63,672 bases of DNA from Dehalococcoidia bacterium (lineage in GTDB: Bacteria > Chloroflexota > Dehalococcoidia > UBA2979): the NCBI GenBank assembly GCA_003599735.1, contig QZJI01000057.1, positions 1 through 63,672 on the forward strand. The letters run 5' to 3'. Of this stretch, positions 43,191-53,852 are shown in pieces (position 1 is the stretch's first letter; each line of letters opens with the position of its first letter). The notes beneath the pieces were generated by a model. It was given only the letters and a program-made list of their open reading frames with translations. It ran no database searches and was not told where the DNA came from. The translations under genes were made by a program, and so were the position numbers.

Positions 43191-44171
43191 GTGGCGAGTA
43201 CGACCGACCTTGGTCACAGGCCCAGCCGTTCCGTGCTAGTAGGGGGACTGCACCTCGCCGATCGACTGTTCAAGGGCGTGACCGGGTTCGCCGCCGTATT
43301 CGTCGTCCTCATCGTGGGGGGGCTGTTCTACCAACTGATCTGGAGGGCCTGGCCGGCGATTACGGCGAACGGCTTCTCGTTTATTTGGAGTACTGACTGG
43401 AACCCCTCGCAGGGGATATTCGGAGCCGGCGCGTTCCTCGTAGGGACCGCATTGACGTCCGTGGCCGCGTTGATTCTCGCGACCGCGGTAGCCGTCTTGG
43501 TGGCGCTCTACTTGGTGGAGGTGGCACCGAGCCGGGTGTCGCGGCCGGTTTCGTACATGGTGGAATTGCTCGCCGCAATCCCCAGCGTGGTGTACGGCCT
43601 GTGGGGTATCTACGTCCTTGGCGGATTCATCCAAAGCACACTTGGCCCAATGCTGACGCATACGCTGGGCCTGTTTATCCCGTTCTTCGACGGCACCCCG
43701 CGCGTTACCGGACTGCTCTCAGCGATCGTGGTGCTGACGATCATGATCATCCCGACGGTGATGGCCGTCTCCCGTGACGTCATCGCTGCGGTACCGGGGA
43801 GTCAGCGCGAAGCCATCCTGGCCTTGGGTGCGACGCGATGGGAGACGATCCGGATCGCGGTCCTGCCATACGCCCGGTCGGGCATCCTCGGCGGCGCCAT
43901 CCTCGGGTTGGCGCGTGCCGTCGGCGAGACGCTTGCCGTAACCCTGGTGATTGGAAACCGGGTGAGCATCCCGCACACAATCTTCGACCCGACCTACACG
44001 ATGGCAAGCGTGATCGCCAATCAATTCCAGGAGGCCGAAGGGGCTACACACCGCGCCGCCTTGATGGAAGTGGCGCTGCTACTGCTCTGTGTAACCTTCC
44101 TGATTAACGTGGTCGCGCGCCTTCTGGTGTGGCGCGTGACGAAGGGGCAACGGTCGGTGGTGATCGAATGA
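43191..44171 (+). CDS. pstC: Phosphate ABC transporter permease PstC
   Basis: Six-TM permease with EAILALGATRWETI (EAA loop). Lies between pstS and pstA. Confidence 0.85.
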   Translation: MASTTDLGHRPSRSVLVGGLHLADRLFKGVTGFAAVFVVLIVGGLFYQLIWRAWPAITANGFSFIWSTDWNPSQGIFGAGAFLVGTALTSVAALILATAVAVLVALYLVEVAPSRVSRPVSYMVELLAAIPSVVYGLWGIYVLGGFIQSTLGPMLTHTLGLFIPFFDGTPRVTGLLSAIVVLTIMIIPTVMAVSRDVIAAVPGSQREAILALGATRWETIRIAVLPYARSGILGGAILGLARAVGETLAVTLVIGNRVSIPHTIFDPTYTMASVIANQFQEAEGATHRAALMEVALLLLCVTFLINVVARLLVWRVTKGQRSVVIE

Positions 44172-45031
44172 CGACGGCAGGCCTCGTAGCGCTTCACCGC
44201 CGTCGGCGGTTGACCGACCGCGTGATGACGGTGGTCATGGTCATAGCGGCCGTGGCCGCGGTGACCCCGCTGGTCCTGATCATGTTCCATGTCCTCACCC
44301 ATGGTATGGGGGCACTCTCGCTGTCTCTGTTGACCGAAGACCCGAATCCGCCGGGTCGTCCCGGTGGCGGCGTGCGGAATGCGATCGCTGGCAGCATGCT
44401 GATGGTGGGAATGGCAATGGCGATCGGTACGCCCATCGCTATCGGTTGTGGCATCTTCCTGTCGGAGTTCGGCCAGAACCGAGCGGGCATGGTGCTCCGG
44501 TTCCTCGTGGATGTCTTGGCCGGTTTGCCGTCGATCACGATCGGGCTGTTCATCTACAGCCTGGTTGTACTGCCGAATAAGCGGTTTACCGCGATCGCCG
44601 GTGCGCTGGCGCTGGCTGTCATCTTGATCCCGGTCGTCGCTCGGATCACAGAGGAGATGTTGTTGTTGGTGCCGCGCTCGTTGCGGGAAGCCGCCTTTGC
44701 GTTAGGCGCACCTCGCTGGCGTACCGTACTGACGGTGGTGGTGCCGACGGCGCTTCCGGGGATCGTGACCGGACTGATGCTGGCTCTCTCCCGGATCGCC
44801 GGGGAGGCCGCACCGCTGCTATTCACATCGCTGGGGAACCAGTTTTTCAGTACGGATCCCCTGCAAGCGATCGACTCCTTGCCGACCCGCATCTACACCT
44901 ACGCTTCTGGGCCGTTTGACTACTGGCACGAGCAGGCATGGGCAATGAGCCTGTTGCTCGTGGTGTTCATCCTGATGGTGAGTGTGATCGTCCGTGCGTT
45001 GGTCGGCACGAAGGTGACTGTTCGCCAGTAA
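44168..45031 (+). CDS. pstA: Phosphate ABC transporter permease PstA
   Basis: ATGA overlap with the pstC stop. [17 protein letters not shown] loop. Confidence 0.85.
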   Translation: MTTAGLVALHRRRRLTDRVMTVVMVIAAVAAVTPLVLIMFHVLTHGMGALSLSLLTEDPNPPGRPGGGVRNAIAGSMLMVGMAMAIGTPIAIGCGIFLSEFGQNRAGMVLRFLVDVLAGLPSITIGLFIYSLVVLPNKRFTAIAGALALAVILIPVVARITEEMLLLVPRSLREAAFALGAPRWRTVLTVVVPTALPGIVTGLMLALSRIAGEAAPLLFTSLGNQFFSTDPLQAIDSLPTRIYTYASGPFDYWHEQAWAMSLLLVVFILMVSVIVRALVGTKVTVRQ

Positions 45032-45062
45032 GCGCGCCTGTAAGCGCGTGAAGGAGTTTCCG

Positions 45063-45941
45063 ATGACTGAATCCGCCTCTCCTGCAGCCGTCGACGAGCG
45101 CTCGTCCTTCGACTTTAGCCCGACACGGACGGTCGCCTCGCCGGTGGGTGTGAACAATGCGGAGGCCAAGCGTGTGGCGCTCCGCGCGGAACATATTTCC
45201 GCTTGGTACGGCCAGAAGCTCGCGGTTTCTGACGTCACGCTGGACATCGACGCCCACTCGGTAACGGCGCTAATCGGGCCGTCCGGCTGCGGAAAGTCGA
45301 CGTTGTTGCGATGCCTTAACCGGATGCACGAAGTCACACCCAAAGGGCGGGTACAGGGGCGCGTCATCCTAGAGGGTGAAGATATTTACGGGCCAGGCTC
45401 AGATCCCACCCGAGTACGACAGCGTATCGGGATGGTGTTCCAGAAACCGAATCCCTTTCCGACGATGTCGATCGAAGAAAATGTTGCCGCTGGTTTGCGG
45501 TTCATGAACATGAGGTCAAAGTCCGAGATCGCCGACCGCGTGGAGGCTTCGCTGAAGGCCGCCGCACTCTGGGACGAAGTCAAGAACGACCTCAAGAAGC
45601 CGGGGATGGCACTCTCGGGCGGTCAGCAGCAGCGCCTCTGCATCGCGCGGGCGATCGCTGTTGAGCCGGAGGTCGTCCTGATGGATGAGCCCTGTTCGGC
45701 ACTCGATCCCCTGGCGACCCTGAAGGTGGAAGACCTGATGCGGACGCTCGCCGTGAAATACACGATCGTCATCGTGACGCACAACATGCAGCAGGCGGCG
45801 CGCGTGTCGGACCGGACAGCCTTCATGTTGGCGGGTGAGGGAGGCTACGGAGAATTGATCGAGTACCTCCCGACCGATGAACTCTTCACCAACCCCCAGG
45901 ACCAGCGCACCGAGGATTACATCACCGGTCGCTTCGGCTAG
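45063..45941 (+). CDS. pstB: Phosphate ABC transporter ATPase PstB
   Basis: AAGGAG RBS 6 nt before ATG 45063. Walker [10 protein letters not shown], signature LSGGQQQRL, Walker B VVLMDEP. Confidence 0.9.
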   Translation: MTESASPAAVDERSSFDFSPTRTVASPVGVNNAEAKRVALRAEHISAWYGQKLAVSDVTLDIDAHSVTALIGPSGCGKSTLLRCLNRMHEVTPKGRVQGRVILEGEDIYGPGSDPTRVRQRIGMVFQKPNPFPTMSIEENVAAGLRFMNMRSKSEIADRVEASLKAAALWDEVKNDLKKPGMALSGGQQQRLCIARAIAVEPEVVLMDEPCSALDPLATLKVEDLMRTLAVKYTIVIVTHNMQQAARVSDRTAFMLAGEGGYGELIEYLPTDELFTNPQDQRTEDYITGRFG

Positions 45942-45943
45942 GG

Positions 45944-47146
45944 CTAAGGTGCGGCCTCAGGCGGTGTGGCGGGGACGGTGAAGCAAATCATCGTCCCGCG
46001 CGGTTCGTCCGCGACCCAGATCGTGCCCCCGTGGCGTGTCACGATCTGACGGGCGATCGATAGTCCGAGGCCCGTCCCGGTCGCCTGTCCGGCGGTGCGG
46101 GCGCGGTCGGACGTGTAGAACCGTTCGAAGACGCGCAACCGTTCGTTCGGCATGATGCCCGGACCCTCATCCCGCACCCAGAACCGGACGAAGCCGTCTG
46201 CTGGCTCCGCACCGACGGTGACCGTATCGCCCGACGAGGAGAACTTGATCGCGTTATCCAACAGGTTCGTCAGCACCTCCAGGATACGTTCACGGTCGGC
46301 AAACACGAGTAAGGCAGTGGCTTCCATCGAGGCGCGTCCGGAGAGCATCACGCCAGCACGTTCGGCAAGTGGGTTTACGCGTTCAATGGCCTCGCGTACG
46401 AGGCTTCCGGCGACGACCGGGGCGAATTCGAAGGTCTCGCCACCCTGTTCGATGCGTGAGAGCCGGATCAGACGCTCGACAATCCCCTGCATCCGGTCGA
46501 TCTCGTCGGCGAGCTGACGGTGGAAGCGAGCGCGCTGCTCCTCATCTGGTACCCCATCCTCCAGCGTTTCCGCGAGCGCCCGGGCGGCGGTGATCGGTGT
46601 GCGCAGTTCATGTGAGATGTTCGCGACCAGGTCCTGGCGTGCCCGCTCGGCACGACGCTGCGCGGTGCGGTCCAGTACCGTGATCACAGTCCGCCCATCT
46701 GGTACCGCGAGTGCGGTGACACGCAACACCAGCCCGGCGTCCAGCGTGAGTTCGTGTGCCACGCCGTCCGCCTCGCGGGCGACGCGGGCCAGCTCCGCCT
46801 CCCGAGTCGCACGGATCAGCGAGATGTCCTGCATCGCCTCCCGCGGCCGGTCGAAGAGGGCGGCTGCGGCGGTATTCGCGAACCGCACGGTCTGGTCGGC
46901 GTCCAACAACAGGACACCCTCCACCAGCCGGTCAAGGACGGGAGCGACGTTGGGGTCGCCAGGAGCCACGGCCACCAGTTCGGCTCTGTCCGCGGGGCGC
47001 GAGGCCCGCGCGACCAGCGACAAAGCCGCAAGGGTCACCAAGGTAGTGACGAGCACGTCCCAGGGAACTGGCAGCGCCACAACGCTGACCGCGAGCAGGG
47101 CGATGAGGGTGGCGGTGGCGAGGGCCCCTCGGCCGCTCAGCATCAC
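45944..47146 (-). CDS. Sensor histidine kinase (PhoR/SenX3-like)
   Basis: Two N-terminal TM helices, H-box NISHELRTPITA, G-box GTGLGLSIARQIV. Overlaps the response-regulator stop. Confidence 0.8.
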   Translation of the reverse strand: MMLSGRGALATATLIALLAVSVVALPVPWDVLVTTLVTLAALSLVARASRPADRAELVAVAPGDPNVAPVLDRLVEGVLLLDADQTVRFANTAAAALFDRPREAMQDISLIRATREAELARVAREADGVAHELTLDAGLVLRVTALAVPDGRTVITVLDRTAQRRAERARQDLVANISHELRTPITAARALAETLEDGVPDEEQRARFHRQLADEIDRMQGIVERLIRLSRIEQGGETFEFAPVVAGSLVREAIERVNPLAERAGVMLSGRASMEATALLVFADRERILEVLTNLLDNAIKFSSSGDTVTVGAEPADGFVRFWVRDEGPGIMPNERLRVFERFYTSDRARTAGQATGTGLGLSIARQIVTRHGGTIWVADEPRGTMICFTVPATPPEAAP

Positions 47147-47841
47147 GGGACGAACTTGTAGCCGATACTGCGTACCGTTTGGATGTGCACCGGGCGCGCG
47201 GGTTCATCTTCGATCTTCTCGCGCAGCCAGCGGATATGGACGTCCACCGTTCGGGTTTCACCCCGATAGGTGATCCCCCAGACTGACTCGAGAATCTGGT
47301 CACGCGTCAAAACCTGCTCCGGGTGGCGCATGAGGTACTCGAGCAGCGCGAACTCGCGCGGGCGCAGCGCCACCGGTGCGCCGTCCCGGCGCAACTCATG
47401 CCTCGTTGGATCCAGCGTCAGCCGGCCGGCCGTCACCGCCTGTGCGCCTTCCTCTTCCTTTGGCCCCGCGTGCCGGGAGAGGTCGTCTCGGCGGAGCATG
47501 GAACCCACGCGCGCGCGTAACTCTCGCATAGAGAACGGCTTCGTTACGTAATCGTCGGCGCCCAGCTCGAGCCCTTGGACGCGGTCCGGTTCAGCGTCGC
47601 GAGCTGTGAGCAGCAGGATGGGGACGGGCGTCTCGGCCCGGAGAATGCGGCAGACATCAAGGCCGGACATGCGCGGTAGCATGACGTCCAGGATCACCGC
47701 ATCCGGGTGCCTGCTGCGGGCGAGCTCGAGCCCGGCAGCGCCGTCTGCCGCCGTCAGGACGTCGTGCCCGTCCAGTCCGAGGTTGTACGCGACGGCGTCT
47801 CGGATCCCAGCATCGTCCTCGACCACGAGGACTGTGGACAT
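47143..47841 (-). CDS. OmpR/PhoB-family response regulator
   Basis: Receiver VLVVEDD..DAVILDVMLPRMSG. Winged helix RTVDVHIRWLREKIE. GGAGG precedes ATG 47841. Confidence 0.85.
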   Translation of the reverse strand: MSTVLVVEDDAGIRDAVAYNLGLDGHDVLTAADGAAGLELARSRHPDAVILDVMLPRMSGLDVCRILRAETPVPILLLTARDAEPDRVQGLELGADDYVTKPFSMRELRARVGSMLRRDDLSRHAGPKEEEGAQAVTAGRLTLDPTRHELRRDGAPVALRPREFALLEYLMRHPEQVLTRDQILESVWGITYRGETRTVDVHIRWLREKIEDEPARPVHIQTVRSIGYKFVP

Positions 47842-47978
47842 CTGACCTCCAGCGGTATTTCCCATGCCCTCACGGTACGAGGACAGGCTGCCAGAAACTG
47901 CAACACAATGTTAACGTCGATGACGCAACCGCGTCCTGACAAGCGCGCGCAGGCGCCGTTGGGTATCCTCCGCAGCGG

Positions 47979-48539
47979 GTGAGTGGCTTTACCCTCTTGC
48001 GACGACGGTGTGAGATGAATCTGACCCCCTTGCGTGCGGTCTTCGGACGCGATTCGCTTCGTGCGGGTCAGGTTGCGTCGTGGTTACAGATCGGGCCCGC
48101 GCTGGATGGCCCCGGCTACCGGAGGTTGCGTTTCCAGGGGGTGACTCACGTCGTTGACCTCCGGGATGAATGCTGCGACGACCCGGACGACATGGATGCC
48201 CTCGGCATCCGCTGGCGACGTCTCCCGATCGTCGAACATGATGCCCCTACCCTCCGCCAGCTGAACGATCTCATGACATGGTTGGAAGCCGAGGCGGACG
48301 AGGTGTCGGACGCCCTCCTCTATCTCCACGGCGCCGCGGGGCGCGGGCGCACGACGACCGTCGCGATCGCGCTCCTGATGTACCAGGAGATGACCTTTGA
48401 ACAGGCGCAGCGTCAGGTCCTGCGGGCGTGGCCTGTGGTAGCGCCCAGCACCGCTCAACGCGCCTTCCTCGATGATGTCGCGATGCGCCTTGGATGTGTG
48501 TCCGAGACCCCTGACCTGAGAGCTTCGGGCGACAGTTAG
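47979..48539 (+). CDS. Dual-specificity phosphatase-like protein with Cys-to-Gly at the catalytic position
   Basis: IVEHDAPT (general-acid loop) and LYLHGAAGRGRTTT in place of the HCxxGxxR(S/T) P-loop. Start may be ATG 48015. Confidence 0.55.
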   Translation: MSGFTLLRRRCEMNLTPLRAVFGRDSLRAGQVASWLQIGPALDGPGYRRLRFQGVTHVVDLRDECCDDPDDMDALGIRWRRLPIVEHDAPTLRQLNDLMTWLEAEADEVSDALLYLHGAAGRGRTTTVAIALLMYQEMTFEQAQRQVLRAWPVVAPSTAQRAFLDDVAMRLGCVSETPDLRASGDS

Positions 48540-48567
48540 TCCCGCTCCTCGCCCGTACACTCAACCC

Positions 48568-49281
48568 ATGTGCGGACGCTTCACTCTGACCGAAAAGAAC
48601 GCTGGCTTCGTCGCCGGACAGCTCGGCCTCGATCCTGACGAACTGTCTGATGTGTCCTACACGCCTCGCTGGAACATCGCACCGATGCAGCCGTTCTGGG
48701 TCGTCACGGCGGACCAGGAAGCGCGGCGCGTGCAACCCGCGACGTGGGGCCTCGTGAACCGGTTCGAAGCGAGCCGGCGCGAAGGCTCGAAGCACATCAA
48801 CGCCCGTGCCGAGTCGCTGGCCTCGCGGCGGGCATACCGGGAGGCGTTCGCCTCCACGCGTTGCGTCATCCCGACGGACGGCTTCTTCGAGTGGATGGTC
48901 AAAGGCAAACAGCGGCTCCCGACGTGGTTCCATCGCCCTGACCGGCGCGTCTTTGGGTTCGCTGGCCTGTACACCTCCGCGCGATTACCGGGCGAGGCGG
49001 AGCCAACTACTACGTTCACGATCGTCACCACACTGCCGAACGCCACCGTGGCTACGGTCCATGACCGGATGCCAGCGATCCTGGCCGACGATTCGGCGAT
49101 CGATGAGTGGCTGTATCCGAAGCAGACGCCCCAGGCGCTACAGCGGCTGCTCGTCCCTGCTCCAGAAGGGTACCTTCAGGCGATGGCGGTGAGTACGCGC
49201 GTGAACTCCGTCGCGAACGATGACCCGGCATGCCTTGACCCTGCCCCGCCGAGACCGGGACAGGGTGCGTTGTTGCTCTAA
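48568..49281 (+). CDS. SOS-response-associated peptidase (SRAP/YedK)
   Basis: N-terminal MCGRF with catalytic Cys2. NIAP and FEW motifs. Confidence 0.85.
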   Translation: MCGRFTLTEKNAGFVAGQLGLDPDELSDVSYTPRWNIAPMQPFWVVTADQEARRVQPATWGLVNRFEASRREGSKHINARAESLASRRAYREAFASTRCVIPTDGFFEWMVKGKQRLPTWFHRPDRRVFGFAGLYTSARLPGEAEPTTTFTIVTTLPNATVATVHDRMPAILADDSAIDEWLYPKQTPQALQRLLVPAPEGYLQAMAVSTRVNSVANDDPACLDPAPPRPGQGALLL

Positions 49282-49295
49282 ACGTATCCGGGCCC

Positions 49296-49808
49296 TCAGA
49301 CGGCGTGCCGCGTAAGCACCTTCCGCATGCCGGGGAAGAGCGTGCGGATTCCCACCAACTCGAAGCCATGCAGGTCAGCCCGCGTCGTCAGACGGGTCTG
49401 GACGAGGCGGCCCAGCGGTTGGGCGAGCACCACGCCGAGCATGGCGGCGGTGAACGCATTGCCGAAGCGGTCACGAATGCCGTCCCTCGGACCTCGTGCC
49501 AGAGCTGCCATCGTCGCTGCCGCTGTGACCGCGCCCGTCACAGCGATGTTCGTCCCGCAGTGAGGAGAGACGGCCAGGCTGGCCTCGCCGCGCTGCATAC
49601 GTGCCAAGGCTTCCTCCGCGCAGGAACGCAGCGTCACGTCATCCACGCGACCGATGATGTAGAAGCCATCTGAGGTGGCACGGCCCGCCAGCCGCTGTGG
49701 CCCGTGTCGGGCGAAAAGCACGGCAACCGTCGCGTGTTCCAGCCCGTGGTTCCGTCGAATGTCATCGATGCGGCGTCGGAGCCATCCGGTGACGAGAATA
49801 TAGGCCAC
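49296..49808 (-). CDS. Conserved hypothetical protein
   Basis: 170-aa ORF (NHGLEHATVAVL..SPHCGTN). Family not recognised. Confidence 0.5.
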   Translation of the reverse strand: MAYILVTGWLRRRIDDIRRNHGLEHATVAVLFARHGPQRLAGRATSDGFYIIGRVDDVTLRSCAEEALARMQRGEASLAVSPHCGTNIAVTGAVTAAATMAALARGPRDGIRDRFGNAFTAAMLGVVLAQPLGRLVQTRLTTRADLHGFELVGIRTLFPGMRKVLTRHAV

Positions 49809-49866
49809 ATGGGACTCCTCGCAGGGCGCCGTTTAAGTGCCGTTTGAGTATCGCCGAAGACGCCCG

Positions 49867-51207
49867 TCAGGGCGCGCGGCTCGTCCCGGGCGCGCCGATC
49901 TCGAACTCCGCGGAAACCTCGACGCGGATCGTCGCCGATCCGCCGGTCGGGGAGGTCAGCGTAACGGTGCCGCTGGCGCGCGCGGCCGGAAGCAGTGTCG
50001 GATTCACGGTGATCGTCAGCTCGGCGCTGCACGCCCCCGTGGCGCACGGCATGCTCGACCCCGCCGCCGCCCCCGCGGGCGGATCCACGATGAGGAAATT
50101 GTCGCTGGCGGTCGCCTGCCAAGTCAGGATGCCGGTCCCGGAGTTTCGTATGGGCACTTTCACGCTTTGGACGGTCCGGCGGTCTTCCAGGTTGATTGTC
50201 ACCGACCGCGATGTGGCCTCAAAGACAGGCGAGCCGATGAGCCGCGCCTGTATGTCCCCCGCGATCACAGGACGCTGGACCAGGTGCGCCGGTTGGGGTG
50301 TTGGGATGTCCATCGCTGAATACGGGAAGACGAAATTCACCGGGCTGAGCGCCTGGAAAATGGCCGGCTGTGAGAGGTTCGGGAGGGACGCTTGCAGCGG
50401 TTCCCACAGTGGCCGGCCGCCCCGGCTTTCTGGGCGCGCCATGCAGCCCCAGACGATTTCTTGGTACGGAAACCGGTTACGTGCCTGCGTCCCATCGCAT
50501 CGCCACGCCGGGTGTGGTGCCGCGCCAAATTGCGGGTCGGCCGGGTGGTTGCTGATCGTGGCGCCCGGTCCGGTGAATCCGTTGTATGCCCATACCGCGA
50601 AGTACCAGTTCTCCACGACCTGTGGGTCGGACTGCGTGTCCGTGCCTGCGATCGGGCGGAACTCCGGCGCCCCGTTCCATTTCTCCGCCAGAATTTGTGC
50701 ACCACGCGCGATGTTGTAGGCAAAATGCGTGGCGATGCTCGCCTGCCGCGCGCTCGCCTTGTTGTCCGCGCCCAGCGGCACAGTCATCCCCGTGGTCACC
50801 TGCATGATCCCGTGGCCGCAGTCAAATGAGACCAGGCCATCTCCGACGCTCTCAAAGCGCACACTGGGCTGAGCCATCGTCAGGTTGGATTCCACCCAGG
50901 CGATCGCCTTCAGCAGTGTCGCCGGGATGAACGGTGCGCCGTCCACACGAGCGTTCCGTGCGCCGCGCTCGATCGGTGGCAGTGCGAAGAACTGGTCGCC
51001 CGGTACCAGTGCGTTCACCGAGGCTGCGTCGATCCCCTGGAGGTAGAGCGTGCGCAGCTGGTCGCCCTCGTACGCGTATGGACGACGCGGGTCGAACGCG
51101 CACGCCTCGGCCCGGTGGACGCCCTGCCACGCGAGGATGCCTGCCAGTCCCGTCACCGCAACCAATACGGCGAGGGCGAAGAGCGCGATCTGTCGCTGGC
51201 TCATCAC
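49867..51207 (-). CDS. Membrane-anchored lytic transglycosylase (SLT domain) protein
   Basis: N-terminal TM helix. AIAWVESN (catalytic Glu) and GHGIMQVT. Confidence 0.65.
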   Translation of the reverse strand: MMSQRQIALFALAVLVAVTGLAGILAWQGVHRAEACAFDPRRPYAYEGDQLRTLYLQGIDAASVNALVPGDQFFALPPIERGARNARVDGAPFIPATLLKAIAWVESNLTMAQPSVRFESVGDGLVSFDCGHGIMQVTTGMTVPLGADNKASARQASIATHFAYNIARGAQILAEKWNGAPEFRPIAGTDTQSDPQVVENWYFAVWAYNGFTGPGATISNHPADPQFGAAPHPAWRCDGTQARNRFPYQEIVWGCMARPESRGGRPLWEPLQASLPNLSQPAIFQALSPVNFVFPYSAMDIPTPQPAHLVQRPVIAGDIQARLIGSPVFEATSRSVTINLEDRRTVQSVKVPIRNSGTGILTWQATASDNFLIVDPPAGAAAGSSMPCATGACSAELTITVNPTLLPAARASGTVTLTSPTGGSATIRVEVSAEFEIGAPGTSRAP

Positions 51208-52313
51208 GGGGCCACCCAGCCGATAAAGATCACCTCGCCCGTCGAGGTGATCTCGTAGCGTTTCCCGTCCGGGCCGATCACCGCGGTGGTTTCATTGCCG
51301 GGGCTCGTTGCATTGTCGCCATCGAACGAGCGCACAGCTAAATATGCGGCCCCATCGCTCCATGACAGCGGCGCATCGAAGCCTTGCGCGGGTGCGGCCA
51401 ACGCCCGCGTGCGGTTGCCTTCTAGCACGGTCACCGCTGACGCCCCGCCGCGCGCGTCCTGCCCGATAGCGAGGGCATCCCCGGCCGGTGTCCAGAGTGG
51501 GCTGAACTGGTCGGCTTCGGCGGGTGTCTCTGGCAGAGTGCGCACCTTCCCGTCCGGTAGTGAGACCACATGGGCGCGGTAGACCACACGGTCGCTGCGC
51601 ACCTCGGGCGCGAGGTAGGCGACCGACTTTCCGTCTGGCGCGATCTGCCAGCCTCGCGCGACGTGGTCGGACGCATGGACGATGACCTGAGCGACCCCTC
51701 CGCGAATGCGCAGCAGGTCGGTGCCCCCGGTGGACAGGCGGGCCACGATGAAATTGCCGTCGGCATCTTCGCCAATCGGGAAGACTCCGAACGTGGTCTC
51801 CTCCGTGTACACGGTGTTTCGGGAGGCGTTGCTGACATCGGCACGGACAACCTCCTGGCGCTGGCCGTTGCTTCGCCGGTAGAGGATGGTGCCGTCCCGG
51901 TTCATCACCGGCTGGATGAGCAGGTCGGCGTCCGCCGCAATCCGCGTGCGCTGACCGGTCGCCAGGTCTAGCGTCCAAATTTCGGCGGGCGTGTCTCGGC
52001 CACCACCGGCCGAGGGTGCTAGGAGGAATACCGCGCGACCGCTATGTGTGGTGGCTGCCGGATTGATCCCCCAACCGGGCGCATGCTCGGCGGTGGCGAG
52101 GAGCGTCCGCTTGGTGGGGTCGTCCGCTGGCGCGCTGTAAATCTTGTCGGCCAGCTCGCCAAACTCGGCGAAGACCACGAGAGGCACCCCCCCCGGCGTC
52201 TGGTCGCCGCGGACGAGCGGGAGCAGCCTCACGATGCCGAGGGTGAGCAAGAGAAGCGCGACGATGGTCGCGCCGACGAGGACGGGTCGTGGGAGATGGC
52301 GGGGTCTCAACAT
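51204..52313 (-). CDS. Membrane-anchored beta-propeller (TolB/PD40-like) protein
   Basis: TM helix followed by repeated strand-rich segments. Start set at MLRPRH. Stop overlaps the SLT gene start. Confidence 0.45.
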   Translation of the reverse strand: MLRPRHLPRPVLVGATIVALLLLTLGIVRLLPLVRGDQTPGGVPLVVFAEFGELADKIYSAPADDPTKRTLLATAEHAPGWGINPAATTHSGRAVFLLAPSAGGGRDTPAEIWTLDLATGQRTRIAADADLLIQPVMNRDGTILYRRSNGQRQEVVRADVSNASRNTVYTEETTFGVFPIGEDADGNFIVARLSTGGTDLLRIRGGVAQVIVHASDHVARGWQIAPDGKSVAYLAPEVRSDRVVYRAHVVSLPDGKVRTLPETPAEADQFSPLWTPAGDALAIGQDARGGASAVTVLEGNRTRALAAPAQGFDAPLSWSDGAAYLAVRSFDGDNATSPGNETTAVIGPDGKRYEITSTGEVIFIGWVAP

Positions 52314-52542
52314 ACATCGCGGGCCGCGGCCCCGAAGGGCGACGCCACCCGGCCCCCGCCAGGTTCCGGCGACGCGCGGCTGGATCAGCCTTTCCGTCGT
52401 GCGTCTCCGCGCGATGCTTCGCGCCCACCGCACAACATGAATCACGATACGGACGCCTGTTCGGGGGTGTCAACGAAATGCGGAATTTGTGCGGATTTCG
52501 TCACGCGAGGCGTGAGCCGCGTCCGCACACTATCCTCGTTCC

Positions 52543-53262
52543 GTGATCCTCCAATTCTTGCCGCTCCTCTTCGATGCGCCGCTGGCGTTCACGATCATTT
52601 GCTCAGCCTTCGTGATCTCGATGTTGTCGGGTCTCATCTTCCACGAGTTCTGCCACGCACTGGTGGCCGATCGCCTGGGCGACCGTCTGCCCCGGCGTAT
52701 GGGCCGCCTGACGCTAGACCCGCGTGCCCACTACGATCCGATTGGGACGACGCTGATCTTCTTCGTGGGGTTTGGATGGGCGAAGCCGGTGCCGGTCAAC
52801 CCTCGGAACGCCTCGCAGATGGCGATCATCGCGCTTGCCGGCCCGCTTTCGAACTTCGTGATCGCGGGTCTAGCGGCGTTGCCGATGAAGATCGGTCTGA
52901 TCCCGTTCTGGCATCCCTTCGTCGGTGGTGGAGCCGTCCGCCTGTTTGCGACGCAGTGGGCAGGTAGCCCAGAAGATCTGATCGGCCTTTTCCTGGGAAC
53001 TGTCGTCCTTCTCAATGTCCTCCTGGGTACCTTCAACCTGATCCCGATCCCGCCGCTCGACGGGTCGAGGCTGCTTGACCTGGTCCTGTCGCCGAAACTT
53101 GCGCACGAGTGGCAGCGCTGGGGGCCGGGAATGCTCATGCTCCTTATCCTGGCGCCGTACATCACCGGAGGTGCCTTCAGCATGCTCACGGTGACCGGGC
53201 CGTTCGTGGATCTGTTGTTGCGCGTCTTCCTGGGTGACGCCACAACGATCCGCTTCTCCTGA
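52543..53262 (+). CDS. Site-2 protease family (M50) zinc metalloprotease
   Basis: HEFCHALVA (HExxH) and NLIPIPPLDGSRL motifs, multi-TM. Confidence 0.85.
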   Translation: MILQFLPLLFDAPLAFTIICSAFVISMLSGLIFHEFCHALVADRLGDRLPRRMGRLTLDPRAHYDPIGTTLIFFVGFGWAKPVPVNPRNASQMAIIALAGPLSNFVIAGLAALPMKIGLIPFWHPFVGGGAVRLFATQWAGSPEDLIGLFLGTVVLLNVLLGTFNLIPIPPLDGSRLLDLVLSPKLAHEWQRWGPGMLMLLILAPYITGGAFSMLTVTGPFVDLLLRVFLGDATTIRFS

Positions 53263-53266
53263 CGCG

Positions 53267-53791
53267 ATGGCTGCTGCCTCTGTTCGGCACACCCTCTCCC
53301 GCGTCCGTTATCGGGTGCAGCAGTACACGAAAGGCCTTGCCGCGCGCGTACTGCCCGAGGAGGCCGCCACCGTCCGCGCGATGCTCTCTCCAACGGAACT
53401 TGCGCTGTTCCTCAGCATGCAGCGGCGCGACCAGCGTCACTCCCTGGATCTGTTCCGTGCGCTGTCTGCCGAGGGCGCCTCGCGTGACTCGCTGGTCGCC
53501 GCCCTGCTGCACGATGTGGGGAAGGACGAACTGCGCGACTGGCAGCGGGTCGCCTTCGTCCTCCTGGAGGCCGTGCGCCCCGACCTCGGGCGGCGGCTGG
53601 AGGCGGAGTCTGGCCCACCGTGGCGCACCGGGCTTTGGCGGCTTCGTCACCACGCGCGGCTGGGGGCGGAGCGGCTCGCCGCTGCCGGGTGCGCGCCGCG
53701 CGTCGTCGAAATCGTGGCCGCACACACTGGCCCACCCCCCGTGGACGACGCCGAGGTCGCACGGTTCATCGAATGGGACAGCCGCACCTAA
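53267..53791 (+). CDS. HD-domain protein
   Basis: HSLD and LLHDVGK motifs. Start taken after the M50 stop. Confidence 0.65.
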   Translation: MAAASVRHTLSRVRYRVQQYTKGLAARVLPEEAATVRAMLSPTELALFLSMQRRDQRHSLDLFRALSAEGASRDSLVAALLHDVGKDELRDWQRVAFVLLEAVRPDLGRRLEAESGPPWRTGLWRLRHHARLGAERLAAAGCAPRVVEIVAAHTGPPPVDDAEVARFIEWDSRT

Positions 53792-53852
53792 GCACCGCTG
53801 GCGTCTGTCGCTGGTGTTACGATGCCTCTGATCACCCACGAGCGGAGACTGC

